A stretch of 64,000 bases of DNA, from NCBI GenBank assembly GCA_951406725.2, contig OX597833.1:46624001-46688000 (forward strand), given 5' to 3'. Under the pieces are notes generated by a model that searched no databases, was not told the origin of the DNA, and saw nothing but the letters and a program-made list of their open reading frames with translations. The DNA comes from Octopus vulgaris. Lineage: Eukaryota. Positions 1 through 13,614 of this stretch are shown in pieces; within the stretch, counting starts at the first letter, position 1; every line of letters starts with the position of its first letter. Position numbers and translations under genes: made by a program.

Positions 1-351
1 CACCAACCCTATACATACATACATCCAGACCCCTCCCACGCACTTTTAGCTGGTCCCTCAACCCATTTATCAACCCTATTATCTCCCCTTATTTCGCTCT
101 CGCGTCTCATGTTTGATCTTTGACCTCTGGCCGAAATCAGATCGCCATGTTGATTCGTTAGCTACTGCACGCATTTTTTTCTCTCCTTCTTTCTGTGTTT
201 TTCTCTCTCTGTGTATCTTTCTGTTGAAGAGCGTAGGCTCGAAACGTTAAAGACTTGTTTTATTTATATTTCCTGAGCGCCATACTAATACAATTGTTCG
301 TTTGTTTTCCACCTGCCTTCGTCTTTTGTTTATTTTCATAAAGCTTCCCGT
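1..351 (+). mobile_element. 3' part of a repeat carrying a minimal hammerhead-like motif (Penelope-like terminal repeat candidate)
   Basis: About 150-351 aligns by eye with a second copy at about 33636-33832. It contains a hammerhead-like motif at 216-253 and abuts a (TA)n tract. Family assignment is inference. Confidence 0.55.
216..253 (+). ncRNA. minimal type-I hammerhead ribozyme-like motif (core CUGUUGA)
   Basis: TCTTT-CTGTTGA-A-GAGC-gtag-GCTC-GAAACGTT-AAAGA: 5-bp helix I, 4-bp helix II, palindromic AACGTT helix III. Position 6 is U rather than the canonical A. Confidence 0.55.
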
Positions 352-1972
<1,621 letters not shown>

Positions 1973-2137
1973 CGACAGGCTTCTTTCAGTTTCTGTTTAC
2001 CAAATCCACTCACAAGGCATTGGTCGGCCCGGGGCTATAGCAGAAGACACTTGCCCAAGATGCCACGCAGTGAGACTGAACCCGGAACCATGTGGTTGGT
2101 TAGCAAGCTACTTACCACACAGCCACTCCTGCGCCTA
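1973..2137 (-). mobile_element. tRNA-derived SINE family A, 5' part
   Basis: Reverse complement of taggcgcaggagtggctgtgtggtaag...gggttcagtc..., with A/B-box-like motifs; many copies in the window. Confidence 0.85.
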
Positions 2138-2745
2138 TGTTATGGATGATCCTTTTATGACTTCATTGCTTTCAGGGTTAGCTTAAGGTATTTTCTCACC
2201 CGACATCACAAAATGCATCTGAATAAACATTGCCGGACAGCAAATAGAGACTCGGACATTGCTTAGAAAATAATTTCATTTTTAACCTCGTATATAGTAC
2301 ACACTAGGGATTTTGACCTTTAAATTTTGGGAAAAAAATTGCGGATTATACTCGAGGATTTATAGTATGTGTCTGTAGAGTTCTCAGCCACTTGTACATT
2401 AATCTCATGGACCGGCTGTAATTAACAGAGGGCCAGTTATTTTATTGACCCTAAAAACATGAAACATGAAAGGCAAAGTCAGCTTCAGTGGTATCTAATC
2501 TCTGAACCTAAAAGACCATATTTAAGGAATTATACAAGTCTGTAATGTGTCTGTATAACCTCAATTTTAAATCCTAACATTCTCTAATCAGTTGTAATTA
2601 CTTTTTCAGAAGACTTCTTTTACCTTCAACATTATTTTCACCCAGCATGTATATCTCATCTACGTTAACACATTGCTGTTAATTTCATCTGCAAACTCAA
2701 AATAATAATTTTTTATTCTTTTTTTTTTCTTTCTAATTTTTACAG

Positions 2746-3661
2746 ACAAAATTCCATAAAGCTTTTGAAATATCTATCATTGTTACCAAATCGCCGCCTT
2801 ACGACTCTCACTATTATATTTACTTCAAAGAACCCTTTGTTTTATGCCGGTACAGAGTTCGTACAAGCATTAAGAGAGTTGTTTGATACCAGCTCGTTAA
2901 AAGACGCTGAAGAATCCCCGGCTCAATTGACACAGGTTAGTTTAGAGCACCTCGATGTCGCCTATGATGACACCGTCTTTGACTATCTCTCAGAGAACAA
3001 CCCAAAACTACAGATGCTAAACATACAAAACCATGTACTTGTTTGCAAAGTGACCTGTGATTGCATGTTAAGGTTAGTTCAGCGCTGTCATTACCTGCAA
3101 GAACTGCACCTATTTTACTCCTGTCTTTCAGACAACGTCTTGTTTGCATTCGCCGAAAGCAATCGGCCCCCTACCATGAAACGTATGTCACTGAAATGTA
3201 GAATCGAAGACAAATATCACTCCGATCTTTCACCGGAAGCTTGGTCAGCATTCAGACAAGCTCATCCCCAGCTTGAAGTGAAGCTAGTATTTGATCACAC
3301 CTGTCCAAAAGACCGTGTAATGGAAATTATGCAACCTGAAATTCCAGTAGCACACCTGCATTTAGACACATTTACTATGCTTAATGATGAAGTGATTCAA
3401 ACGGCAAAATACTATTCCGACACTTTGCAAAGCTTGGTTCTTCGCACAGTATCTTCAAATTCTTTGAATGAATCTCTCATATACATGGCCACACATTGCA
3501 AGAAAATCGGTAAACTCTATGTCTACTGTGTCCTGGAGCCATGGGTTATAGAAAGATTATTTGAATTGTGCCCTAAACTGAAAGAAACTGGTAATTACAT
3601 TCTCAAAGACAAAAAGGAACCTGAACCATGGGTAGTTGGCATTGAAGATGACTACTGGTAA
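2746..3661 (+). CDS. FBXL8: F-box/LRR-repeat protein 8-like, terminal coding exon
   Basis: Polypyrimidine tract plus TACAG acceptor ending at 2745; open frame QNSIKLLKYL... to TAA at 3661. Motifs KNPLFYAG, LSPEAWSAFRQAHPQLEVKL, IMQPEIPV, LYVYCV and KEPEPW parallel my recollection of human FBXL8 (EKPLFDAG, LPNEAWVALRRRHPGLAVEL, VLQPAVPV, VHCFCV, REPHPW). The F-box exon is not in the window. Confidence 0.88.
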
Positions 3662-3761
3662 AAAATAGCAGGGTGTTTTATAAGGGAACCACTAATTAAT
3701 GGGATGATCGTTTTTATAATGTGTAAAAAGGAAAGAGATTCATTTTACAAAATTTGCAAGC

Positions 3762-3767
3762 AATAAA
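3762..3767 (+). promoter_or_regulatory. candidate polyadenylation signal for FBXL8-like gene
   Basis: AATAAA about 100 nt after the stop codon, followed by T-rich sequence. Confidence 0.5.
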
Positions 3768-4732
3768 ATTTTATCGAACAACCAATTGCTTTTATATTCA
3801 AGTTATTCTTCATCATTATCATTTAATGTCTGCTTTCCATGCTGGCATGGGTTGGACAGTTTGAAAGGACCTTGTCATGTATGCATAAGTGTGTGTGTGT
3901 GTAGGTATTTGTGTATATTCTTGTCTTGACATTACACAAAAGCTGTAAAATGAGTGTCACACTCATACAAATGATTTTATGCTTCAAAACATCTGTGATG
4001 ACATGTCCTTCTAGGGTGGTGGTAGTGGGGGGGGGAATACCCTGCTGGAAACAGGTGAAGGTTGGTGACAAAAATTTCCCCTCCATGAATTCCATTCGAC
4101 CCATGCAAGCATGGAAAAATGGACATTAAACTGATAATTGTGATGATGGTGATGGTGGAGGTGGTGGTGATGATAGTAATAAAGATGATGATGGATGATT
4201 GATGATGATGATGATTGATGATGGTGATGGTGATGATGATTCAGTGAACTGGCGAAGTTATTAGAGCATCAGATAGACAAAACAAATATTAACAATGCAT
4301 TCTAAGATGGCAAGCTGCTGGAATGGTTAGCATGCCGGACAAAATGCTTAGTGGCATTTCATCTGTCTTTACGTTCTGAGTTCAAATTCCACTAGGGTTG
4401 ACTTTGCCTTTCATCCTTTCAGGGTCAACAAAATAAGTAACAGCTGATTACTGGGGTACATGTAATTGATTTGCCCCACCTTCCCCCAAACTTGTTGACC
4501 TTAGGCTAAAATTTGAAATCAATCATTGTTTTGTTTGTCTGTCTGTCTCTCTCTGTGTTCAAATCCCACCAGGGTCGGAGGGTCAATAAATAAAAGTACC
4601 GATTCTAAGTGGAATTATTACAGCATCAGGCAGGATTCTATGTAGTATCTGCTCTGGTCATTGTACAGACATTTGGGAATCAACCTTATATTTTTAGCCT
4701 CATCATTCTCAATAGCAGGGCACTAACATGCA

Positions 4733-4962
4733 AAGGAGAGCTGGCAGAAACGTTAGCACGCCGGGCAAAATGCTTAGCGGTATTTTATCTGCCGTTACGT
4801 TCTGAGTTCAAATTCTGCTGAGGTCGACTTTGCCTTTCATCCTTTCGGGGTCGATAAATTAAGTCCCAGTTATGCACTGATGTCGATGTAATCGACTTAA
4901 TTCCTTTGTCTGTCCTTGTTTGTCCCCTCAATGTTAAGCCCCTTTTGGGCAATAAAGAAATA
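4733..4962 (+). mobile_element. tRNA-derived SINE family M (central gtcgactttgcctttcatcctttcggggtcgataaa domain)
   Basis: Head gagctggcagaaacgttagc...gagttcaaattc; many copies in the window. The central domain resembles the Meta domain as I recall it. Confidence 0.8.
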
Positions 4963-6723
4963 ACATGCAAAGGAGACCTCCAGAATCTATGCTTCCCGAC
5001 CTTTCTCCCCACCATCACCACCACCATCCACTTCTCTCCATCGACTCCAGCCAAGACCACTGCCACCAGTAATTACTTTTACTGCAGAGGGGCTGGCACG
5101 GGATCGCCAGCGATTGAGAACAATGGTGGACCTGGTTGGCTCAACACATCATGGCGACTCTGGGACCACTATCCTGGGATGACCCCAACCCCATCAAACA
5201 AGAGCATGAAGCAAGCACTGCTGAAATGTTTACATTCATAATTGGTGCTACTGACATAGTAGATACTTACACACCACAAAAAAGAAAAAAGAAAAGAAAA
5301 AATTTTTCTTTCAGAAAAAAGAGAAGGCCATCTCTTCCTTTAGTAAATGCTGTCCTAAGATTTCATATGACTAACAAGTGCAGCTTTCGACCAACAGACC
5401 CTACAGCAGAGTTTACAAATATCTTCAGACAGAAAAGTATCTGGGATTGAAGACCAGTCCTTGGTTACTTTCAAATCTTGTACAATCTCTCTTCTCCACG
5501 ACACATACAACCAGCCTAGTTATCAAGGCTTTGATTTTTCTTCAAAGACAATCCATTTCATTTACTTTGCTAATTCTTGCAGAAAAAAAGCATAATTAAC
5601 CCAACAATTCTACTCCCTAATCTTTCTTCATTAAAAATGTCAGACTTCAAGTGTTTACTTTTAAAAATTAAATTTCAAACTTCAAACAATCTTAAAAATA
5701 AGTAACACAAAAGAAAAAAAAAACAGGAAGAAATGGATGGAAGAAAAAAAAAATCAAATCAAAACCACACAAAAAAAAAAGAAAGAAAAATTTTATCGTT
5801 TATTTTAATTAAAGAATTACAAAAATAAAAATGTTCTTAATTTAAAATGATAGAAGATTTAATTGATTATGAAACACAGAGAAGTTCGTTATTCACATGT
5901 CAAGAATTAAATCACACTTAAGTATTAGACAAACTGGTTTAAGAAGTTTAACAACAATTGATAAAAAAAAAAACTGCTTCCACTTGAGAAGAGGGACATC
6001 CTAAAATTAATTCTTCCTTTAATCTCTAGTCTCTTCTGATTTACTCAAAACCCCACCTCCACACATGGAATCTTCAACCACTCAGAAAATGAAAGCAAAA
6101 ATAAAACTGAATGAAATCCAGGAATTACTTTATAATAAGTAAAAAAAAATTAAGGAAACTGAAATTTAACTTAGGTTTTAGATAATTTAAATACTAAGAA
6201 ATTTGCTAACAGAGTGTAATAGATTAAAAATAGTTGAATGTATAGTTGTTTTTATTTATATTTTCCTTTTTTTTTTGTAAGAAGTGGAGAACTCTGTAAT
6301 AGAAATAATATTTCTAGTGTTTTGTTTATTGTTACTAGTATTGCTTTTTTTTATACTCTTAGGATTTTTTTTGGGAAGTGCAAATGACACGAAAGAAATT
6401 TTTATTAATGAAAAAGAAATTTGAAAAAAAAAAAATGGAAAAAAGGTGTTAATGAAGGAAGCTTAGAGAGGTCAAAATAGGGGAGAGAATCATCAGATGC
6501 CTAAAGATAAGGTGTAGAAAAATAAAATTACAAATTAAACAAGAGAAATATTATTTATGCTTTGTACAAGAACAAATATGTGTACATGTAGGTAAAAGTG
6601 AGGTGGGAATTCAAAGTAAGACGGTTTCTTTTTCCTTTTCCATTGTTTTCAATAGTAAAAAAAATATTTTTTCTGTTTTTTGGGGGTTTTTTTACACCAT
6701 TTTTCTTTCCCGTTTCCATATAA

Positions 6724-8433
6724 TTACATAATTACACAACAGCACTTCTTCTCCTCATCTCCCACAACCTGAACAGTTGAGGGTGCTGAGTATTTAGTAA
6801 TAGTGTCGTTTCCATTCGACATAGAAGATGACCAAGTACTGTAATTTCCTATCGTAGCCGGGGTCGGGTCAGCGCTACCGGGAGCATGAGCTGGAAATTT
6901 GCTGGATAACGCTGGAGAATCATGCCTTTCCTGCCAGTTTGATTGCATATGGGCAGAAGGATTACCAGGTAAATTTGGCAAGATCGTCTTGGCGTTTTCT
7001 CCAGTCAGTGCAAGCCTCTCGGTACTAGCTCCACTCCCATTGCTGCCACGGCGATTGTAGTTGGCCTGTCTTTGACGTTTCAGATCACTTAATGTACAGC
7101 CAGCTGCTCTATTTGTTGGATACCGTTGCTCTAGCTGGGGCAATCCTTTTACCACAGCAGGTGTACCCTCAGTATCTGATGCAGGTATGGGTCTGGAAGA
7201 ATTGTCTAGTTCATTTGGAATGTTAGTAGGTAATTTTTCTTCAAGATGCACCGATTTCGAATCTTTTTCCTTTCTCTTGGAATCCCTCCCTCCACCTTTC
7301 TCGAACTGAGTGTTCGCATTGTCATTACCTTTTGGAACCGATGGAGTGTTGTCAGTGTTTCTAAAGGGAATTCGAACATCTATTGGTCTCGAGGTGGAGC
7401 TTGTCCCGAAATTCGATGCTTTACTTGAAGCTGCATCAGAATTCGTTGAACCCTTGACACTATTACCATGTTTGTCGTCTTTTAAACGTGAGTTACTTAA
7501 AGCGGGTGTCGAAATATTAGAGGATTTTGATGCCGCCGAGCGACTTGCTGGAATGGGTTCTTTCGTACTCTGAGATTTGTCCGATGGAGCAGCAGGTGTT
7601 TTCACAGGAGCAGCAGGTGTTTTCACAGGGGCTGCTTTTTTGCCTGACTGAGACAAAGATTTTTCATTCAACTCGGCGCCATTAACCATTTTTTTATTTG
7701 ACTGTCGTTTAAGTGAATTATTGGCAGATTTATTCACCTGAAGCGTCCAGTTGGCAATTGAAGAATTCTCCGAACTCTGACTGGCTGCTATGTTGTTACT
7801 GCTATTCTTTCTTTGAGAAACCTCAGCAGATGGGTTTCTATTCTCTTTCAATGATGTTTTAGAACTTTGGTTGGAATTTGTAACTGGTCTTCCAAGAACT
7901 GTTTCCAAAGGTTTGCTATCATTCGTATAAGAAGACATCGTGTCAAATCTTTTAGCTAGAGTTGAAACATCAGGTGATTTTGAACCTACTTGCTTAATTG
8001 CATGATCTATGTTTGTCTCTAAAGGAATTGATTTCTTTGAGTCTTTTAATGAATTTTTACTACTATTTATACTTTCCTTTGAATTAGTAAGAGGTGCTTG
8101 ACGTGGGATATTAACTGTTGATGTATTTGACGGAGATGTAACAGTTGGTTTGTTTCTGTTTGACAGAGAACCAACTGTTGTTGAGTCTCTTCCTTGTGAT
8201 CTGGATTGAGTCATTAGAACAACCTCAGATATTTTGGAGTGGAAACTGTCAGAAGATTTCAGCCGATTAGACTCATTCGTTGTGTCACCATTTTGGTAAG
8301 ATTTCTGAGAGACCGAGCCAGACAACTGGGGAACTTTGTTTTCTTTCATATCGTCCATTATCAGTTCTACGTCGTCAACACTAGTTACACCTAAATAGTC
8401 ATCCTCTTCATCATCATCATCGTCATCTTCCTC
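6724..8433 (-). CDS. PPP1R16A: PPP1R16-like terminal exon (569 aa, low complexity, CaaX end)
   Basis: Acceptor ttttgacag at 8434-8442, phase 0: EEDDDDDDEEDDYLGV... Contains TLSDLKRQR (family motif TLLD/ELKRQR) and ends KKCCCVIM-stop. Confidence 0.9.
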   Translation of the reverse strand, partial: EEDDDDDDEEDDYLGVTSVDDVELIMDDMKENKVPQLSGSVSQKSYQNGDTTNESNRLKSSDSFHSKISEVVLMTQSRSQGRDSTTVGSLSNRNKPTVTSPSNTSTVNIPRQAPLTNSKESINSSKNSLKDSKKSIPLETNIDHAIKQVGSKSPDVSTLAKRFDTMSSYTNDSKPLETVLGRPVTNSNQSSKTSLKENRNPSAEVSQRKNSSNNIAASQSSENSSIANWTLQVNKSANNSLKRQSNKKMVNGAELNEKSLSQSGKKAAPVKTPAAPVKTPAAPSDKSQSTKEPIPASRSAASKSSNISTPALSNSRLKDDKHGNSVKGSTNSDAASSKASNFGTSSTSRPIDVRIPFRNTDNTPSVPKGNDNANTQFEKGGGRDSKRKEKDSKSVHLEEKLPTNIPNELDNSSRPIPASDTEGTPAVVKGLPQLEQRYPTNRAAGCTLSDLKRQRQANYNRRGSNGSGASTERLALTGENAKTILPNLPGNPSAHMQSNWQERHDSPALSSKFPAHAPGSADPTPATIGNYSTWSSSMSNGNDTITKYSAPSTVQVVGDEEKKCCCVIM

Positions 8434-8550
8434 CTGTCAAAAATATAAGATAATACATTGAACTAGAGTTAAGTTTATACAATAGAAAATGGCATTTTGA
8501 AGATGAAATAAAATAAAATGGTAGGACACTTATAAGAGTTATAAATAGAT

Positions 8551-8915
8551 AGGAGTGGCTGTGTGGTAAGTAGCTTGCTTACCAACCACATGGTTCCAGG
8601 TTCAGTCCCACTGCGTGGCACTTTGGGCAAGTGTCTTCTACTATAGCCTCGGTAGTGAGTGGATTTGGTATACAGAAACTGAAAGAAGCCTGTCGTATAT
8701 ATATGTATGTTTGTGTGTCTGTGTTTGTCCCCCTAGCATTGCTTGACAACCGATGCTGGTGTGTTTATGTCCCCGTCACTTAGCGGTTTGGCAAAAGAGA
8801 CCGATAGAATAAGTACTGGGCTTACAAAGAATAAGTCCCGGGGTCGAGTTGCTTGATTAAAGGCGGTGCTCCAGCATGGCCACAGTCAAATGACTGAAAC
8901 AAGTAAAAGTGTAAA
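8551..8915 (+). mobile_element. SINE family A, near full length
   Basis: tRNA-like head, internal TA/TG tract, 3' end ...gactgaaacaagtaaaag. Confidence 0.85.
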
Positions 8916-9069
8916 GAGAGATGTAGCACTGTAATGGTTTGTATACCTATGAAGGGTTGCATGTCTTTATATAAAGATTCACTGCAAACATAAGAGAAAT
9001 ATCATACAATGTGTATTTTTCTTTTACCTGTTTCAGTCATCTGACTGCAGCCATGCTAGAGCACTACCT

Positions 9070-9456
9070 CTCAAAGAAGCTTGAGAGGCGGTTGGATGGA
9101 ACCTACACTCGCCTCCTTATGAGAGCTCAAAATCTCTCGTGGAAGCGTCATCCAACCAAAATGCAAATATATGGGAAACTACCACCTGTGTCATCTCTTG
9201 TGAAAGGTAGGAGAGTCCAGTTTGCTGGACATTGTTATAGAGCTGAAAACGAGGCAATTTCTACTCTTCTCCTCTGGAAGCCATCTACTCGCAATACCAG
9301 AGGGCGCACACTCTCCTACTCTGATGTAATCTCCAGGGATACAGGCATCCAGCAACAGGACCTCCGTAATGCTATGATGGACCGTGAAGTCTGGCATAGC
9401 ATGGTAAATTCCATTGTCTCGACCACGGTCGAACAATGATGATGATGATGATGATG
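9070..9456 (+). mobile_element. 5'-truncated RTE-like LINE 3' end nested in a SINE
   Basis: ORF end RRLDGTYTRLLMRAQNLSW...RRVQFAGHCYR...AMMDREVW, (GAT)n tail, TSD ACTACCT at 9063-9069 and 9457-9463. Confidence 0.85.
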
Positions 9457-10130
9457 ACTACCTTGAAGGATTTTTTTTAGTCAAACAAATCAAATCCAGG
9501 ACTTACATATTTTTAAGCCTAATATTTATTCTAGCAGTCTCTTTTGCTGAACAGCTAAAGTTATGGGGACATAATCACACCAACACCAGTTTTCAAGCAG
9601 TTGGTGGGGAGATGGACAAAGATACACTCACAGAGATGTATACATGTTTACAAAGAAGGTTGCAAATGAAGGATGCAACCCGTATGATGATGACAATCAC
9701 AACTTCAGAGCTGCATCAGAAAATAATGCAAAGTAAAATTGCATTACTTTCTGAGTCACCATCATATTGTGATGTCAAGACAAGGCACATACACATGCAC
9801 AAAAACACATACAGGGCTTCTTTGAGTTTCTGTCAACTAAATCTACTCACATGGCATTGGTCAGCCTCAAACTATAGTATAAGACAGCAGGGACCGAACC
9901 TGAAACCATATAGTTGGGAAGCAAACTTCTTAATCTTACAACAATGCTCCAAGTATGTTTAAAATGTGGAGGAGGTGGTGGTGGTGGTGGAGGGAATCGC
10001 ATGTTTTTACATTTCAAATTTCGGAACACGTTATTGACACACGTATGTACCCGACAGATTTGAGGGAACTGTATGACAAAGGTCAACTCTAATTAGTTAC
10101 ACTGAGGATAAACAACAAACAACAATAACA

Positions 10131-10410
10131 AATGTAAAGTATAATAGCCATCTTAATATGGCTAACCACAAAGGGGGGGGGGGTTACTGTAGCTTTTTAG
10201 CCCCAGGAGATCATCGTCTCCAGCTGGCTTTAGGCACACTATCTGTGCCCTTATGGTATTTGCAAAGGGAGGCCATCCCTTTCAAATACCATAAGGGCAC
10301 AGATAGTGTGCCTAAAGCCAGCTGGAGACGATGATCTCCTGGGGCTAAAAAGCTACAGTAACACCCCCTTTGTGGTTAGCCATATTGAGATGGCTTCTAT
10401 ACTTTACATT
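10131..10410. repeat. 280-bp near-perfect fold-back palindrome
   Basis: Arms run from aatgtaaagtat... to ...atactttacatt; centre aaaggga-ggcca-tcccttt at about 10264-10282. Confidence 0.92.
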
Positions 10411-10469
10411 GTCGAGCAATTACTGTTTACATCTCGTTCTGAGATTTAATAACAATAACAAAGACTTAC

Positions 10470-10587
10470 AGCAATATGGTTGGAAGAATTTAGGTCTATC
10501 ACACCAAAATGAGCTGCTTCTTCTTTAGCTTCCTTCATGAATAAGGCACTCTTCTCACCTCTCATGCTGCTTCGGCGTAAAGATGCA
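10470..10587 (-). CDS. PPP1R16A: PPP1R16-like exon (118 bp)
   Basis: cag acceptor and gtaagt donor; (S)ASLRRSSMRGEKSALFMKEAKEEAAHFGVIDLNSSNHIA; phases match both neighbouring exons. Confidence 0.85.
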
Positions 10588-11177
10588 CTGCAAAGGAAAA
10601 TGCAAAGATGAAAAACTTAAAGTTACTTCAGAAATATTTAACCTTTTAGTATTTCAACAGGCCACATCCAACTCAAATATTCTACCTGTTTTACTTTCAA
10701 ACTGGACTAATCTGGCCTCTCACACCTACCCTACAATGTCATTCTACAAGTAAGTAATTGCACCAGTGAAATCTTAAAGCTTGGAGATAATGCGTTATCA
10801 TTTCAAAACGATGTGGATAAATAATGAGTCATTCATTCACATTACTTTTTATTCATTGATTTAAAATATGTTAGTATTAATTTACATAGAAGATAGACTG
10901 ATATATTACTTCAGCCCCACATTACCCACTCCCATAGGCTCTTGTTTCTGTCCTAGATTAGTGGTCATAATGTCATATGTACACAGACACACACACACAC
11001 ACACACACACAGTGGTGGAAGCCACTTATAATCATGGACAATGTTGTCAACAGGTTATTGTGATCAAAAATGTTACATGCTGAAGTAATCAAAATAAGCT
11101 ACTTCCTATGTGTGTGTACAAACATGTGTATATATATCATCATCATCATATATATATATATATATATGATGTATGTA

Positions 11178-11743
11178 TTGGGTTGTCCAGAAAGTTTGTG
11201 CCAATTTATAGCAGCTTACCTTTCATCATATTTTAGAACATGGTTGAGTCCATAAAATAGGATTTGACTACACCTCCATTTGGAGCACAGTTTAAGCTAT
11301 CTTTTCGTGGAAGAAGGTTTATGTTCCTATAACCTGTGTTAATTCTATAACCCTTTAAAATGGAAGATAAGAAAGTTCATTTTCGGCACTTGATGTTTTG
11401 GGAACCAGACAAAAATTACTGCAGCTTGGCTGGGATGTGTTACTCCACCCTCCATATTCACCAGATATTGCTCCTTCAGATTTCCACTTATTCAGGTCTC
11501 TGCAGAATAGTCTTAATGGTAAAAATTTCAATTCCTTGGATGATGTAAAAAGATACCTTGATGAATTCTTTGCCATGAAACCACCTCAGTTCTGGGAAGA
11601 GGGTATTTTCAAGTTAAAGGAAAGATGGAGACGCATTGTGCAACAAAATGGTTCATATTTGGTTGATTAAAAATGTAATGGCAAGTATTTATTGACCTTT
11701 TTCTTTCCTTTAAAAATCGGCACAAACTTTCCGGACAACCCAA
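11178..11743 (+). mobile_element. internally deleted mariner transposon
   Basis: About 30-bp TIRs ttgggttgtccagaaagtttgtgcc / ggcacaaactttccggacaacccaa; TA TSDs. N-terminal MEDKKVHFRHLMFWE is joined to C-terminal HPPYSPDIAPSDFHLF. Confidence 0.92.
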
Positions 11744-11788
11744 TATGTATGTAGGTAGGTACATCTATACAAATATTGAATTGATATA

Positions 11789-12333
11789 CAATAATGCCTT
11801 GATAAACAAGTTAATAAGACCGCTTGTAAAGCAAAAACTTATAAATCAGAGCAATAATTTCCCATAGAAGCATGTTATAAATCATAATTCATTCCCAGAA
11901 AAATATTTTACCTATAAAATTTATAATACTCATTAAAAAAATGGCAATAAAACAACAGTAGAATGTAAAGAATATTTTATGTAAAGTAAAAAGAATGTCA
12001 AGATCATTTATAATAAAAATATTATTATAATAATCGTTTTCTGAATCACTTTCACTCATACTAGACACATGCACACCATCACTTGTAAACGCAATAGCTG
12101 ATTCACAAGCTTGTAGTTGGACTAGTAGATTTCTTTTTAAAAAACAAGTCTAGAGTTGTTTGCTTAGAAGGTTTATTTCACTCTCTATAAATTTCTCAAT
12201 AACATGCAGAAGCATTTGTTATGGTAGTAGAAACTTTTGCACTCCGTTCAAAATTTGGATTTTGTGCTTGAAAAATAAAACTCGTAAACTCGAGGTCTCA
12301 TACAGTGGGTCCTTGCAAAGTGAGGTATTAATG
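11789..12333. mobile_element. old pogo/Tigger-like non-autonomous element
   Basis: Degenerate TIRs ta|caataatgcctt and gaggtattaatg|ta with TA flanks. Confidence 0.4.
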
Positions 12334-13614
12334 TATATTATCATCCTCATCATCATCAGAATCTAGCAGAATTATCAGCATCCTAAGTGGCATTTCGTCA
12401 GTTCAAATTCCGCCAACATTGACTTTGCCTTTCATCCTTTCAGGATCATTAAAATAAGTACCAGTTGAGCACTGGGGTCAATGTAATTGAATTACTCCTC
12501 CCCCAAAATTGCTGGCCTTGTGCCAAAATTTGAAACAAATATCTGTATCGCTGTTTTCCAATTTAGGCAAATATTAGACAGACTTACTAGGGCAGGTTTT
12601 CTACAGCTAGATGCTCTTCCTGTCACAAACCCTCACTATTTTCCATTCCACTGAACCACAGATGTTTATTGAAGCATGGGACATTTGTTTAATGGAGAAT
12701 GGAAACAGTGTCACTTTCTGTTTTCGTTCCAGACTGTGTTAACGAGGATGTGTAGAATCAATACACATGGAGGACAGGCTACTGTACAACTTCTGCCTTT
12801 CAATTCTACTCAAAAGGCATTGACTTGTCTAAAGCTACACTAAGACACTTTCCTAAGATGTCTTGCAGTGGGACCAAACCCAAAACCAAATTATTGCAAA
12901 GTAAACTTGAGAGAGAGAGAATAAGAGAGCAGGTAGGAGAGAAAAAGAGAGAGAGAGAGAGAGAGATCAGGTAGCATGCTGTATTTTTGAGCAAAACATT
13001 TCATTTCATGTTGCCCCAGTCCACTCAGCTGTTTGTCTAATGCTTGCCTAAATTGGAAAACAGCTGTACAGATATTTGTTTCAAATTTTGGCACAAGGCC
13101 AGTAATTTTGGGGAGGGGTATTTCAATTACATGTGCATATGAGAGAGGTGAGAGAGATAGCACAAGCAATAGACACACACTATGGTAAATTCTAAGTATT
13201 CCATAATATTTTCTATATGTGGTAAATTTGTGTGGAGGCGCATGGCCTAGTAGTTAGGATGTTGCATGTGATCAGTAGGTCATGGGTTCAAGTCCCAGAC
13301 CAGGTGGCATGTTGTGTTCCTGAGCAAAACATTTCATTTTTTGGTTGCCCCAGTCCACTCAGCTGTAAATAGGTAACTTTGCAATGGATTGGCACATACT
13401 CAAGGGTGAAATGGTGATTCAGGAAAATCTCCCAAACGGAGGTCTTGCAGGCCAGGTTTTGTATTCGGCAATCGAAAGGATGAATAATACAACCCATACT
13501 GTGAATCCCAAATGGTTGGGATTGGTTAGTCAACCAGGTCAAAGAAGAATGATGATGATTCATTTGAAGTCCATTCTTCATGTTTGTTTAATTCATACAG
13601 ACATATAGTCATAT

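Noticed and set aside
6724-8358. standalone single-exon 544-aa gene starting at ATG 8358
   Set aside because: The frame stays open to a splice acceptor at 8434 and joins in phase to the upstream ankyrin exons.
11398-11670. functional mariner transposase or SETMAR-like gene
   Set aside because: Most of the ORF is deleted and the N- and C-terminal remnants are out of frame, although the TIRs are intact.
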